Origin: a virus
Lineage: Duplodnaviria; Caudoviricetes
IMG/VR virus record: IMGVR_UViG_3300017448_000004
Coordinates: 1-62,155 of that record
Direction: 5' to 3' (one strand)
DNA length: 62,155 nt
Positions 1 to 9,418 of this stretch are shown piece after piece. The stretch's first letter is position 1, and the number at the start of each line of letters is the position of its first letter. The translations under genes and the position numbers were made by a program. A model generated the notes under the pieces. The model saw only the letters and a list, made by a program, of their open reading frames with translations, did no database searches and was not told where the DNA came from.

Positions 1-194
1 GCAGTGTTCGGCGCAATCTTCAAATCAGTTGCGACCTTTTCAATCGCAGCCATGTATGCCTTTTCGGCATTGGTAACTGCGGCTTGAGCAGATTCCCGTG
101 TGCTGGTCAATTGAAACTGAGCTTCCCTTATTGCTAACTTCTGCTCAGATGATAGGGTTGGGTACTCTCTCGGTGATTTCACTTCATTTTCCAT
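1..194 (-). CDS. hypothetical protein, partial (runs off window start)
   Basis: ATG at 194 after AGGAGGAG SD; open frame MENEVKSPREYPTLSSEQKL... to the window edge. Confidence 0.6.
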   Translation of the reverse strand, partial: MENEVKSPREYPTLSSEQKLAIREAQFQLTSTRESAQAAVTNAEKAYMAAIEKVATDLKIAPNT

Positions 195-597
195 TTGACT
201 CCTCCTGTTTATTCAGATAATCTACTAACCCTAGCAGACATTCACAACTGTCGGCTAGTAAACCTAAAGCCATATTACACTGGGGACATAAAATTCCACG
301 ATTCTTCTTTGTCTTGTGGTCGTGGTCAAAGTGACCGCCCTCTGGGATGGATCGGAGACACTGTAGATTCGCGCATTTATACCCTTGGCTTTCTAAAATT
401 CGATCTCGTTCTCGGATCGTTATGCCATACAGACGAAGGAATTTTTTCTCCTTCATTCGGGCCAACATCTTGACCCTATAGTGGCCGACGCACTGACAAG
501 CGAACTTATTTGATGAGAAATTTGTCCCAATGTCTGATGCTTTTGTCGTTATGGGCCTGTAAATGTTCGTATCCAGCAGCCCGCTGACGGGGATCAA
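184..597 (-). CDS. endonuclease VII-family (HNH-like) nuclease; true start probably downstream of 597
   Basis: YGIT...Q..KCA..C...DHDHKT..NRGILCPQCNMALG motif. Confidence 0.85.
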   Translation of the reverse strand: MIPVSGLLDTNIYRPITTKASDIGTNFSSNKFACQCVGHYRVKMLARMKEKKFLRLYGITIRERDRILESQGYKCANLQCLRSIPEGGHFDHDHKTKKNRGILCPQCNMALGLLADSCECLLGLVDYLNKQEESNGK

Positions 598-1540
598 ATA
601 ATAGACGCTTCATTACAATAAGGACTTCGTTAACGTCGTCCGGGTCAGCTTTCCATGAAGGCGGTGCCCAATAAATCGCGGGCGAGACTACCGAAGGCAC
701 ACCGACTGAGATACCATCAGCCGTAATCATGTTGAATGACTCGGTATAGCTTACCTGAATCAGAATGTCCATTTGACTTACTAGCTTTACGAATTCGTCC
801 CAATATACCCAAGAATGCCTTATGACTTTGATTTTTCCTGCGCACATTTGGTCAATTGCGGGGGCTGTAGAACCGCATTCACCCTCACCACCTTCAGACA
901 TATGGAGTTCTACTTCAACCCCTTCAGACGCAAGAGCGACAGCCGCTGCGGCAGCGGTCATAAAATTCTTCTCTGGTCGAATTGCGCCGAACGCGCCGAT
1001 CTTTACTAGCCCGACACCCTCCCATTCTTTTTTGATTTGTGGACCAAGGGGATATAGGTTCGGCAGAAGAACGACACCTTCGTCGTATGCCTTTCGCATC
1101 CAACGGACAAACTTTTCCGAGTTACCACCAACTCTGATATTTCCGAATTCTTCCGATAATTCATGGTACTTCCGCAGGAGTTCTATGCCGCAGGGGTCTG
1201 CTTGTAAGAAGCCTACGTTTGAATGTGACAGAATTACGAATTGAATGTCAGAAAATTCCGTAAGCAGATTCCTCATGTCAAACAGAGACAGCCAAGGTGC
1301 CGAAATAACGACATGCGTCAGTTGCTCTTTATGGCTCAGATTGTAGTGTTCGATTTCGCGAACCAAATCTACGTTATGCCGAACAGGAAATACTGAGACA
1401 TGATATCCGTCTTGTTCAAGAACCTTTTTGGTGGCAAAACCTGCAACATTTAGTCCAACACAACTGCTACGAACCCAGCAGGCAAAATCCTTAAACACTA
1501 GTGCGAGTCGTGCGTCTTTCTTTTTCATGTCACCTTTCAA
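506..1540 (-). CDS. glycosyltransferase, GT-B/GT4-like
   Basis: FGAIRPEKN and SYTESFNMITADGISVGVPSVVS, the GT4-type E-x7-(D/E) motif region. Confidence 0.75.
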   Translation of the reverse strand: MKGDMKKKDARLALVFKDFACWVRSSCVGLNVAGFATKKVLEQDGYHVSVFPVRHNVDLVREIEHYNLSHKEQLTHVVISAPWLSLFDMRNLLTEFSDIQFVILSHSNVGFLQADPCGIELLRKYHELSEEFGNIRVGGNSEKFVRWMRKAYDEGVVLLPNLYPLGPQIKKEWEGVGLVKIGAFGAIRPEKNFMTAAAAAVALASEGVEVELHMSEGGEGECGSTAPAIDQMCAGKIKVIRHSWVYWDEFVKLVSQMDILIQVSYTESFNMITADGISVGVPSVVSPAIYWAPPSWKADPDDVNEVLIVMKRLLFDPRQRAAGYEHLQAHNDKSIRHWDKFLIK

Positions 1541-1552
1541 TCTCGGCCAGAA

Positions 1553-1744
1553 TCATTTCTTTTCATGCCATGCATCCTCTTCAACCTTGAGATCGTGCAC
1601 TTCCTTACTGATTGCGATTTCACGGTATAGTACGTACAAAGATACAGCCAAGCCCAGAATCGAAGCGATACTGCCTATGATAGAAATCATGCTAGATTCC
1701 CGCAGCATGCCCCGTAAAGATTCCCGCGAGGAAGCCCAACCCAA
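1553..1744 (-). CDS. small single-TM membrane protein
   Basis: hydrophobic IIGSIASILGLAVSLYVLY; likely start at MISII. Confidence 0.5.
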   Translation of the reverse strand: MGWASSRESLRGMLRESSMISIIGSIASILGLAVSLYVLYREIAISKEVHDLKVEEDAWHEKK

Positions 1745-2429
1745 AACCCCTTTCGAACCATTTTACGCTATTACGATGGCCTTCCGCTTTGACGGCGGCA
1801 ACTTGAGCCGTGCATGCCCTATTTTGGTCTGTCAATTGGGTGTTCAGTCCCGTAATCTGGGAATTCAAGTCTGTCGTAAGCAAGTCTGACTTCTGAACTT
1901 CCGCCAGATAATTTCCAGCAATCTTGGTTTCGTCGGCCAAGTTTTGTACGAGTACAGGAACCTGCTCAATCATGTCTAGAGTCTTGTGGGCGTCTGTATT
2001 AGATACAACGATGATATCCCCGGAGGCCGAGACCAATGTGCCCGCAACTTCATTCCATCGAACTGCCACGCCTACCGTCGGCAGATTGGCGTCTGTCGCT
2101 CGCTGCGCCGTACCAGATGCCGTTCTTTGGGCAATAGAGGCGTTTAGGCTGGCATTCTGGGCAGCAAGGACTTGAACCAGTGCCTGATACTGCTGCGTCA
2201 CCTGGGCTGTCTGGAGGGCTAAGGCGGCATTATTCTTCTGGTCATTGACTGCGATCTGCTCAGCGGCGGCGTACTTAGCATCTTTTCTCGCCGCTTCGAC
2301 ATCGTAGAACTTGCCCAACCCGAAGGTTCCGACTGCGAGAACTAGCGCGAGCATGATCAAACGCTCATGTGCTTTTAACCACATCCATCCGAATTGGGTG
2401 ACTGTGGGTATAATTACGGGGGTAGACAT
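1692..2429 (-). CDS. spanin-like / lysis-associated membrane coiled-coil protein
   Basis: N-terminal TM, long Ala/Gln coiled coil, C-terminal GFGLGFLAGIF hydrophobic tail; located near holin-like genes. Confidence 0.5.
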   Translation of the reverse strand: MSTPVIIPTVTQFGWMWLKAHERLIMLALVLAVGTFGLGKFYDVEAARKDAKYAAAEQIAVNDQKNNAALALQTAQVTQQYQALVQVLAAQNASLNASIAQRTASGTAQRATDANLPTVGVAVRWNEVAGTLVSASGDIIVVSNTDAHKTLDMIEQVPVLVQNLADETKIAGNYLAEVQKSDLLTTDLNSQITGLNTQLTDQNRACTAQVAAVKAEGHRNSVKWFERGFGLGFLAGIFTGHAAGI

Positions 2430-2437
2430 GTTTCCTC

Positions 2438-2737
2438 CTACTTCTTTACATGCTGGGGGACGTGTTGGCCTTTTGAAGCCTTATCCCACTCTTTAAGTGC
2501 AGTCTTTCCGAGAACTTCAGGATGCGCGTGTAGGTATCCCCTTTGGGCCATGCTGGCAAAAGGGTTAGCTGAAACCAGCCCACCGAAGTCACCTTCTTTT
2601 TGGCTGGCACCATGCGGTCCAACGCCAATTTCCATTTTCACTCCCCGCGTACGAGAGACAATTTGAGAATGCTCGGGTGTATCAAGACCATGCAATGTGC
2701 TACGGTCCGCCTTACCACAACCTGTTAGATGTGCCAT
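2438..2737 (-). CDS. hypothetical phage protein
   Basis: ORF coupled to upstream stop; C-terminal PFASMAQRGYLHAH...KEWD..K motif seen in small phage late proteins. Confidence 0.5.
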   Translation of the reverse strand: MAHLTGCGKADRSTLHGLDTPEHSQIVSRTRGVKMEIGVGPHGASQKEGDFGGLVSANPFASMAQRGYLHAHPEVLGKTALKEWDKASKGQHVPQHVKK

Positions 2738-3102
2738 TATCGTTTCCTTTTCGGTGTCGCTCTACGAGACGATTTCGTTCGATCCTCAAGAATTGCTAGA
2801 GTTTTTACCACTCCATCCCAAACCTGTAACTGTTTCATATGTTGCTCGGTCAGTGTAGATTGGACCATATCAAGTTTTCCTGAATGATCGCGGAGAAGCA
2901 CGTTCGTTTCTTTGGTTTCTGTCACAGTACTGACCGTTGCTTTTTCGATGCCGCTCAAATGGTTGTTGAGCAGAGTGTCCGCCCATCCAGAAACCGCCGT
3001 CTTCGCTTTATAGAATACGGTGATTATTGTGATCAGGGGCAACCAGAACTTAATTTCCGAATATGCCGTACCAAAATGCTGGAGTTGTTGGGATTCAAAC
3101 AT
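2737..3102 (-). CDS. holin-like membrane protein
   Basis: one TM (FWLPLITIITVFY), coiled coil, basic C-terminus. Confidence 0.45.
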   Translation of the reverse strand: MFESQQLQHFGTAYSEIKFWLPLITIITVFYKAKTAVSGWADTLLNNHLSGIEKATVSTVTETKETNVLLRDHSGKLDMVQSTLTEQHMKQLQVWDGVVKTLAILEDRTKSSRRATPKRKR

Positions 3103-3103
3103 G

Positions 3104-3364
3104 TCAATTCTCCGATACTTGAATTGCAGGATGATTCAAAGGAACGGAATGACCCGGCTGATGGCGGAATTCTGGTTTTGTAAATAGCCCATGCACGGGA
3201 GCATTCTTGGTACTCATTGACGCTCCATTAAGTGGAGCGTTGCTTACGTCGCCCGTCCATGCATGGGCCTGCACGGGAGGCTTGACTGGGTCGGTATCGA
3301 GTTGGGGACGAAGCCCTTTCGGATTTGGAATCTGTTTTCCTCCGATGATAATATCTTCTGGCAT
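3104..3364 (-). CDS. hypothetical protein
   Basis: ORF in operon register with SD. Confidence 0.5.
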   Translation of the reverse strand: MPEDIIIGGKQIPNPKGLRPQLDTDPVKPPVQAHAWTGDVSNAPLNGASMSTKNAPVHGLFTKPEFRHQPGHSVPLNHPAIQVSEN

Positions 3365-3622
3365 ACTTTATCCTTCCCTGCGCGACTTTGACCACAACCG
3401 GCCATGCGCGACAGCTAGCGTAAAAGCTAACGCGATTAGAATGATTTCTAGTTCACTCATATGTATCCTAGGTGCTAGTGGAGTCCCGGCCTGTCCACTT
3501 GCTCGAACGGATGAATGACGATGGGCTTTCGCCAGCACCGACCGGACGTTCATGTTCGCCCGTTAGGACGAAACTTTTGTATTCCAAGAACTGTACGCCT
3601 ACCAATTTTTTGTCCAGTTAGA

Positions 3623-3943
3623 TCATCCATTAAAATTTTCTAATTCCTTCTCAAGTAGGGCCATAGCTCTCCAAGCCAATTTTGCAGAGTGACGCACCCC
3701 ATCTGAATCAACCGTCCCTCTCTGTAAGAAGTGCCGAATGAGCGCATCCGCCTCATCCGTACTCTTTGTTCTGTCCCAATGAAGAGGGGCGTTCGGCCCA
3801 TTATGTTGTATATTCCCTACATAAGATACATGGGAAACTTCCGCCGCCGCAAGCGGGAAATAATCAAGAAACCCAGTCCCGATAGGATAAGTTTTTCGTT
3901 CCTTCGGGTCGGTTACCAGCACCACGTCTTTCTTATCGGTCAC
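3623..3943 (-). CDS. dATP/dGTP diphosphohydrolase-domain protein (DUF5664-like)
   Basis: RK..P...G.LDYFP.A..EV..VS..GN.QH, LHWDR.KS.D..DAL.RH, HSAKLAWRAMA.LE. Confidence 0.8.
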   Translation of the reverse strand: MTDKKDVVLVTDPKERKTYPIGTGFLDYFPLAAAEVSHVSYVGNIQHNGPNAPLHWDRTKSTDEADALIRHFLQRGTVDSDGVRHSAKLAWRAMALLEKELENFNG

Positions 3944-4302
3944 AGTTCTTCCTCCAAGAGTCTACCTGTGTCTCGTTCTACTCCCCGCGCTATATCGTCA
4001 TAAATGGCAATACAGTGATGGGTTTTTTGATTGGTTATTGGAAGTACAACTCCGAGATGTGATTTGCACCACGCTTCTATTGGTGCCTTTACCATATCCT
4101 CTTTAAGCACCGTCGTAGGGTGATAACAATCCATTCGTGCGGTAAAGATACGAACGTCAATTCCTGCGGCAAGCCAAATCTTTACCCGTTCTACCATGCG
4201 AGGAATTGGAGCGCCTGTTGCACAGTAATCTTCAGGCCAATTGCATCCATGTTCGGCCAGCGTGCCGTCGAAATCAACCGCGATGTATTTGCCCTCAATC
4301 AC
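3940..4302 (-). CDS. HAD-family phosphatase (polynucleotide kinase phosphatase-like)
   Basis: IAVDFDGTL, IFTAR, K and YDD HAD motifs. Confidence 0.85.
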   Translation of the reverse strand: MIEGKYIAVDFDGTLAEHGCNWPEDYCATGAPIPRMVERVKIWLAAGIDVRIFTARMDCYHPTTVLKEDMVKAPIEAWCKSHLGVVLPITNQKTHHCIAIYDDIARGVERDTGRLLEEEL

Positions 4303-4565
4303 TGACCCTCCACCGACTTCGGCAAACGCTTGAGCGTATAACCATTTATCTGTTTGAGGCTGACATACATTTGAAGAAGGTTGAAATTGATCATGTTATA
4401 AGGGAACACGAAAGATTCTTCGACTTCCCCTTGAATATCATCCGTTCGCAGGACAGTTAGACGAGCGAGGTCGCCCACACCGCCCGAACCGTCCATCTTG
4501 ATTGCCCCACCACAATTACAGTTACCGTCTTCGCATGCCATATTCTCCTCCTCAAGAGAACTCAA
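4299..4565 (-). CDS. hypothetical protein
   Basis: ORF overlapping neighbours by ATGA. Confidence 0.5.
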   Translation of the reverse strand: MSSLEEENMACEDGNCNCGGAIKMDGSGGVGDLARLTVLRTDDIQGEVEESFVFPYNMINFNLLQMYVSLKQINGYTLKRLPKSVEGQ

Positions 4566-4972
4566 ACTTTTCCGTGCCGACGTAGGTATTCGATTGCTCT
4601 CTCCAAGGATATGATATTGTCTTGGAAATTACCGAGTGCTTTATTACACCAATCACAAAGTAGTTCTCGGTTCCGACCAGTCTCATGATCGTGGTCAATA
4701 TGCGGAGTGGTGTTCTTGTCTAGGAGGGTAAAATCTCTCCTACATATGGCACACTTATTATCTTGCATTACTAGCTGGGATCGAAACTCCGATTCAGTCA
4801 CCCCGTGTTTATTTAATCGAATCGTAGAAGCCCGGACTTTCTTTGCTTCCGGGCTTCGATTCTTTTCGTATCTTTGATGGTATGCTTTTGTACATATACG
4901 GCATGCTCTCTTCGCATTCAAGTTATCAGGCGTACGAGCGTGGCCATTCTTGCAATGCGTCTTTAGGATCAT
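4562..4972 (-). CDS. endonuclease VII-family nuclease with N-terminal THCKxGH zinc module
   Basis: THCKNGH...CRIC; KCAIC...HIDHDHETG.NRELLCDWCNKALG. Confidence 0.85.
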   Translation of the reverse strand: MILKTHCKNGHARTPDNLNAKRACRICTKAYHQRYEKNRSPEAKKVRASTIRLNKHGVTESEFRSQLVMQDNKCAICRRDFTLLDKNTTPHIDHDHETGRNRELLCDWCNKALGNFQDNIISLERAIEYLRRHGKV

Positions 4973-6228
4973 TTCAATTCTCGTTTGGTCTTAATTGTAT
5001 CAAATGCCGCGTCGTTATAAATCACCGTTGCAATCAAACCTTGATCCTTATTCCATATAAAGGCTTCTGCTTGACGCTGGTTTGATACATAGCCGTTGGT
5101 CGCATGCCAATCGTCAGCCGGGCATAATGCCGGGAGTATGCGTACCTTCACTCCATGGTCTTCCGTAACCTTATCGCAATGACGATGTCCTGTATGCACT
5201 TCTCGGAATTTTGTTCGCGCCCACATTTCTGGTTGCTCGGTCGCCATCAACATCGGATAATTAGACCCCTTATCCCCGTGGGTGAAGGCCAGCATGACTT
5301 TACCAAACTCGTGATACTTACGATAACGAGGATCGTTTTCGACAGTGACATTCTTGTCGCTGCGATACCAAGATTCGAGAGAGTCGCCCATGTGCCATGC
5401 TGCGAGTTGGTCATGGTTGCCTGGTACGACCAGAACTTTTACCGGGGCGATTAACTTCAACTTCTCAATCGCTTCAATGAGCGTATAGCGCACTGTTCGA
5501 AATGTCTTATGGTAGCGTATATCCGTTGTGACTACTGTGCCTGCAGTCGTAGTATTCTCAGCGTTATCGCTGTTCAGCAAATCGTTTCCGATGACGAATA
5601 GAACGCGATCAAACTTGTACCCACTCGAACGTTCGATGAGGGTATTGAGCGCCCGCATAAATATCGCCTGGGCAATTTGCACGTCATAAGGCTCGTGCCC
5701 TGTTTCCTTGGGCCACGCCAGCTTTCCGAAATGATGATCGGAGATATTGATCTCCAACATATTTCCGGAAACACTCTCTGGTCTTTCGATCTTCAGAATC
5801 TTACGCTTCAGTCCGTTGCAGGCTAACGATTTCAAGTCTGCAATTTCATCCAAAATCTCGATGATGTGCTTGCGCTTACGGAAGAATGCGCTGATCTGGA
5901 ATTCGCCGTCCGCCAAATCCTTTGCGCGGAAACGGTACAGTTCCCAAACTCGCGTGTCGATCTTCAACTGCTTGATTACTGCGTCCGGGCTACAAACGGT
6001 AGTATTCGGAATAAACACATTCCAATCATCCCCGTCGATCTTGCTGGTCATGCCTTCTTTGTTGATTCCTGCTTCATCGCAAAAGTCTTCCCACTTCGGC
6101 CAATAATGCGACCACGACTTTTCAGAGTACTCGCCTTGCTCGCGGTAAAAATTCCGCGTCACTTGTCCATCGTTCTGGTCTGCGACTCTCTTCAAGTCAG
6201 CGGTCAGGATTGCTTTGGAAACTCCCAT
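4969..6228 (-). CDS. calcineurin-like metallophosphoesterase
   Basis: ISDHHFG, GNDLL, PGNHD, FTHGD, TGHRH motifs; start placed at MGVSK (6228), downstream of the promoter. Confidence 0.85.
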   Translation of the reverse strand: MGVSKAILTADLKRVADQNDGQVTRNFYREQGEYSEKSWSHYWPKWEDFCDEAGINKEGMTSKIDGDDWNVFIPNTTVCSPDAVIKQLKIDTRVWELYRFRAKDLADGEFQISAFFRKRKHIIEILDEIADLKSLACNGLKRKILKIERPESVSGNMLEINISDHHFGKLAWPKETGHEPYDVQIAQAIFMRALNTLIERSSGYKFDRVLFVIGNDLLNSDNAENTTTAGTVVTTDIRYHKTFRTVRYTLIEAIEKLKLIAPVKVLVVPGNHDQLAAWHMGDSLESWYRSDKNVTVENDPRYRKYHEFGKVMLAFTHGDKGSNYPMLMATEQPEMWARTKFREVHTGHRHCDKVTEDHGVKVRILPALCPADDWHATNGYVSNQRQAEAFIWNKDQGLIATVIYNDAAFDTIKTKRELK

Positions 6229-6266
6229 TATGGTTCCTTTCAACGCCCTGCTCCTCACTAAAGTCA

Positions 6267-6295
6267 AGGTTACCAGAGTAACGGTTACCTGTCAA
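6267..6295 (-). promoter_or_regulatory. sigma70-type promoter
   Basis: TTGACA-N17-TAACCT with extended TG. Confidence 0.6.
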
Positions 6296-6296
6296 G

Positions 6297-6611
6297 TTAA
6301 TTCTTTGGCTGGTCGCTTCGCCCCATGCCCGCGACCTTGTTGATCGCGTACCCGGAGAAAGAAGCCGAAACGAACATGGATGCGCCCCCAAGGTCTGGAA
6401 GATGTCCGGTCAGAACCACGATATACGAAACCCAAACGATGGTCGCTAAGACACCGCCGCCCGCGAGTAGCCGGGTTGCGCTGCCGGAACCGTCGGCTTC
6501 AGAGAAGGTACTTTTCAGATATGCGAATAATCTCTCACGCATGGTTGCTCCCTGCTGAACAGGCAAAGGTGTGGGCCGTATGGACTGTTCCCATGGCACC
6601 CAGAACGGCAT
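6297..6611 (-). CDS. two-TM holin-like protein (likely start MRERL)
   Basis: SE.DG.GS.TR motif followed by two hydrophobic helices. Confidence 0.55.
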   Translation of the reverse strand: MPFWVPWEQSIRPTPLPVQQGATMRERLFAYLKSTFSEADGSGSATRLLAGGGVLATIVWVSYIVVLTGHLPDLGGASMFVSASFSGYAINKVAGMGRSDQPKN

Positions 6612-6933
6612 CCTTCGCAGAGCCGTTGTAGACTTGGAAGTCCGATCCTGCCACAGAATTCACGCCCGTCACCGTGTTACATATAATGGTTGATTTATTC
6701 CACGGTATCGGATTGATGAACGGAGGCGTGTATGGAACGTACGGAGTGCTGTCCACTGGCAGCGACGGTACAGGTACAAACACCATCTTCTGCTGGTCAC
6801 CCTTTTCGACGCGGGAATCTTGTAATGCTTGCAATGCAATCTGTAAAGCGAGTGTCGCCTGCTGCAACGCCTGGATCGCACGATCCTGTAGTTCGAGCAA
6901 TTCGTTGACATCTTTCTGAACTTTTATCTGCAT
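6535..6933 (-). CDS. hypothetical protein (coiled coil plus Pro-rich segment)
   Basis: ORF with GGAAGAGG SD. Confidence 0.55.
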   Translation of the reverse strand: MQIKVQKDVNELLELQDRAIQALQQATLALQIALQALQDSRVEKGDQQKMVFVPVPSLPVDSTPYVPYTPPFINPIPWNKSTIICNTVTGVNSVAGSDFQVYNGSAKDAVLGAMGTVHTAHTFACSAGSNHA

Positions 6934-6945
6934 ACCTCTTCCTCT

Positions 6946-7386
6946 CTACTGAAAGAAACTCAATGAATTTTGATTAGCCACAATTGGGTGTTGCCTTTGA
7001 CCCGCCTGTGGACCGTCTTCCTTGATTGGGTCGATTATGTGAGACTTAAACCAAGGTCTCTCCACCTTATTCAAATCGCAAAAATACAGTGCGCCCTTGG
7101 ACATATCTGGCACCGAGCCATCAAATACACCCGTTACGACATGGAGCAACTTCACGAAATTTCCATCCCATGCACCCGGGTAAACAAGTGGCGGAAGTTC
7201 CATCTCTGCCGCGAAGGGGAGCACATTAGTCATCACGTTCAGATGGTTGCCCCAACCACATTTTATGCGATTCATGAATACCGACATCACCATCTGTCCG
7301 GCGATGTACCCGCCTCCATAGGATTGGCCGTATCTCCAGCCAAGAGACACGAGACAACTTTGTTGTACGTCTTCAATTTTTAACAA
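6946..7386 (-). CDS. SleB/Hydrolase_2-like cell wall hydrolase
   Basis: V..V.MNR...GW and D.SKGALYF motifs; expected catalytic Glu not evident. Confidence 0.55.
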   Translation of the reverse strand: MLKIEDVQQSCLVSLGWRYGQSYGGGYIAGQMVMSVFMNRIKCGWGNHLNVMTNVLPFAAEMELPPLVYPGAWDGNFVKLLHVVTGVFDGSVPDMSKGALYFCDLNKVERPWFKSHIIDPIKEDGPQAGQRQHPIVANQNSLSFFQ

Positions 7387-7520
7387 ATCGACCCCCGTTC
7401 TCCCCGTAAAGAGGAGGTCACAGCATCTCGTAAGTACTTGGAAAGACTTGATTTAGAAGTCTTCCCAACGTAATATTTGCCGTTGACAAGATTGGTAATG
7501 ATGTAGACAGAGTGCTTCAT
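7380..7520 (-). pseudogene. truncated GIY-YIG endonuclease N-terminus (46 aa)
   Basis: MKHSVYIITNLVNGKYYVGKT then early stop overlapping the TTG start of the next gene. Confidence 0.7.
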
Positions 7521-7526
7521 GGTCAT

Positions 7527-7555
7527 AGAATAGCACTTTCGTAATATCCTGTCAA
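7527..7555 (-). promoter_or_regulatory. sigma70-type promoter (leaderless start at 7520)
   Basis: TTGACA-N17-TATTCT with extended TG. Confidence 0.7.
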
Positions 7556-7560
7556 GCTAT

Positions 7561-9408
7561 TTATTGTCCTAAAGCTAAACTGCCTAGTTTGTGGGCCACA
7601 TAGCCCCCAACTCCGGTCATCGCCGCTGCTCCCCCCAACCCATACAATCCTATCTTGCGGTTACGCATAATTTTGTCATATGCGCCAGAATGCTCAAGCG
7701 TATGATCAAACAATTTATTCGCGCCATCTTCACCAAGAGCGTCCTGCAATCGCCCTGAATCATATAGTGCGTTGATACGGGAATGTAACATCTTTGGATT
7801 GAGCGTCTCAGGTGATTCCTTCAACAACTCGGGAGTGGAGAAGTCGGGATGTGCGCCGGTCGTACTTTTCTTAATGGCGTTATCCAGATCATACAGAGCC
7901 TGAGACTTTCGGAAATTTGCGTCCGCCCGATCAATCAATTTGGGGTCTATGCCTTTCGCCTTCGCATCATCAAACGCTTCCTGCATAGCGTCTTCAGTTT
8001 CTTTCTGGCCTTTCAGGATAGATGCTTCTTTTTGCACATCCTCTTCACTGCCCGAAAGATTTTGCAACTGGCGTCGGCCATTGGCTAATTTATCTCTAAA
8101 CCGCTGGAATCTTCCATTTGTGGCGTCATCCAACACTTTATAATCGGCCTTAGAGGCCGCATAAACTTTGTCACCCGCCTGTTCGACAGTCTTACGGATC
8201 GACTTTAGCTCTGGTTTCGCTGCTTCAGAAGATGCATTCGCTTTTTCGGCAGCTTCTGAGGCTTCTAGTTCTGGGGTAACTTTAGTGACTTCATCTTCCG
8301 CAAGGGGACGATTGAATTTTGTCCAATTCATTCCGTCAGGATGTTTAGTAGTAGTGTAGTCTTCAGGCTTAAGTCTATTCAAATCAGTACGGATGAGTTC
8401 CTGTTTGGTGCCTGTCGTTTTTCCACGCCATGCGGGGTCATTTTCATCAGCGTAACCTCTCGCTTGAGACAGGCTATCAGTTGCTTGGGCACGCCCTTGT
8501 GTACCTATACCAGCTTCACCCGCATCCCGACTACGATACGCATAATTCGGTTCTGGTGCAGGCTCAACTGGTGCAGTTTTAGTCGCATCTACGATAATAT
8601 CCCGAATACCTGTTTGTAGGGGTTTTTGCAATACTTTAGGACTGAGCAATCCTTTTGTAGTTTTGTACGCAGCCCCTGCACCCTCAGTTATCGCGCCTGT
8701 CCCGGCTCCCATGAGTGTAGCGAGTCCAGCAGTCTTCAAAGCATCTGTCGGAGTCGCTCCATGTACATAAGACTGTGCACCCGCGACTGTGCCCTGTCGC
8801 ATGGCTTGTAGGCCATGGTCTAGAATTGCGGCAAGACGTGGACTTGACTTTGCGTATTCTGCGAGTTTGCCTGCGAGTCCCAAACGCTGAGCCACGCTCA
8901 AACTTTTGAGGGCTTCGTCTCCCGCCAAAAATTCCGAAATTTGCTCGACACCATAGCCGACTTTTTCTGCCGTACCTTCAGGTTTTGATTCTGTTTTCAG
9001 AGCGGTAATGCCTTCGCTTGGTGCGAGGATTTCACCAACCAATGGAATCTTATTAATTATGGAAGAGACATCTCCGACAGTTGAGGCAGCACCTTTACCC
9101 GCACCAAGGGCTGCATGTCCAGCGGCAGCTACTACAGGGTTGTCTTTCTCCCGTTGCTGGATTGCGGTGGCTTGTCCTGCAGGGATTGCTTCTCCTGCGG
9201 TAGACTGATATGAACTTCCACCTGTGGGCTGGCCCGAGAACATTGGCTGCATGTCTATATGCGGTCCTGCGGCGGCTGGAGGGTTCGCTGCGAGATCAGG
9301 ACGTGCCTTCGTCTGTGGTATGCCAAACGTTGCCCCCTCTGGGAGATTTGTTGAATCTCCCACTACGGGATTACCAAATGTCGCTCCCTCTGGAAGTTTG
9401 TCAGCCAT
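7561..9408 (-). CDS. putative DNA ejection / internal virion protein with inserted globular domain
   Basis: Ala/Gly-rich helical protein, LPEGATFG N-terminal repeats, last of three ejection-like genes; start MADKLP with AAGGAG SD. Confidence 0.6.
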   Translation of the reverse strand: MADKLPEGATFGNPVVGDSTNLPEGATFGIPQTKARPDLAANPPAAAGPHIDMQPMFSGQPTGGSSYQSTAGEAIPAGQATAIQQREKDNPVVAAAGHAALGAGKGAASTVGDVSSIINKIPLVGEILAPSEGITALKTESKPEGTAEKVGYGVEQISEFLAGDEALKSLSVAQRLGLAGKLAEYAKSSPRLAAILDHGLQAMRQGTVAGAQSYVHGATPTDALKTAGLATLMGAGTGAITEGAGAAYKTTKGLLSPKVLQKPLQTGIRDIIVDATKTAPVEPAPEPNYAYRSRDAGEAGIGTQGRAQATDSLSQARGYADENDPAWRGKTTGTKQELIRTDLNRLKPEDYTTTKHPDGMNWTKFNRPLAEDEVTKVTPELEASEAAEKANASSEAAKPELKSIRKTVEQAGDKVYAASKADYKVLDDATNGRFQRFRDKLANGRRQLQNLSGSEEDVQKEASILKGQKETEDAMQEAFDDAKAKGIDPKLIDRADANFRKSQALYDLDNAIKKSTTGAHPDFSTPELLKESPETLNPKMLHSRINALYDSGRLQDALGEDGANKLFDHTLEHSGAYDKIMRNRKIGLYGLGGAAAMTGVGGYVAHKLGSLALGQ

Positions 9409-9418
9409 GATTTGCTCC

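Noticed and set aside
3623-3943. 2-aminoadenine (Z) genome pathway suggested by the dATP/dGTP diphosphohydrolase
   Set aside because: No PurZ or adenylosuccinate-synthetase-like gene is visible in this window.
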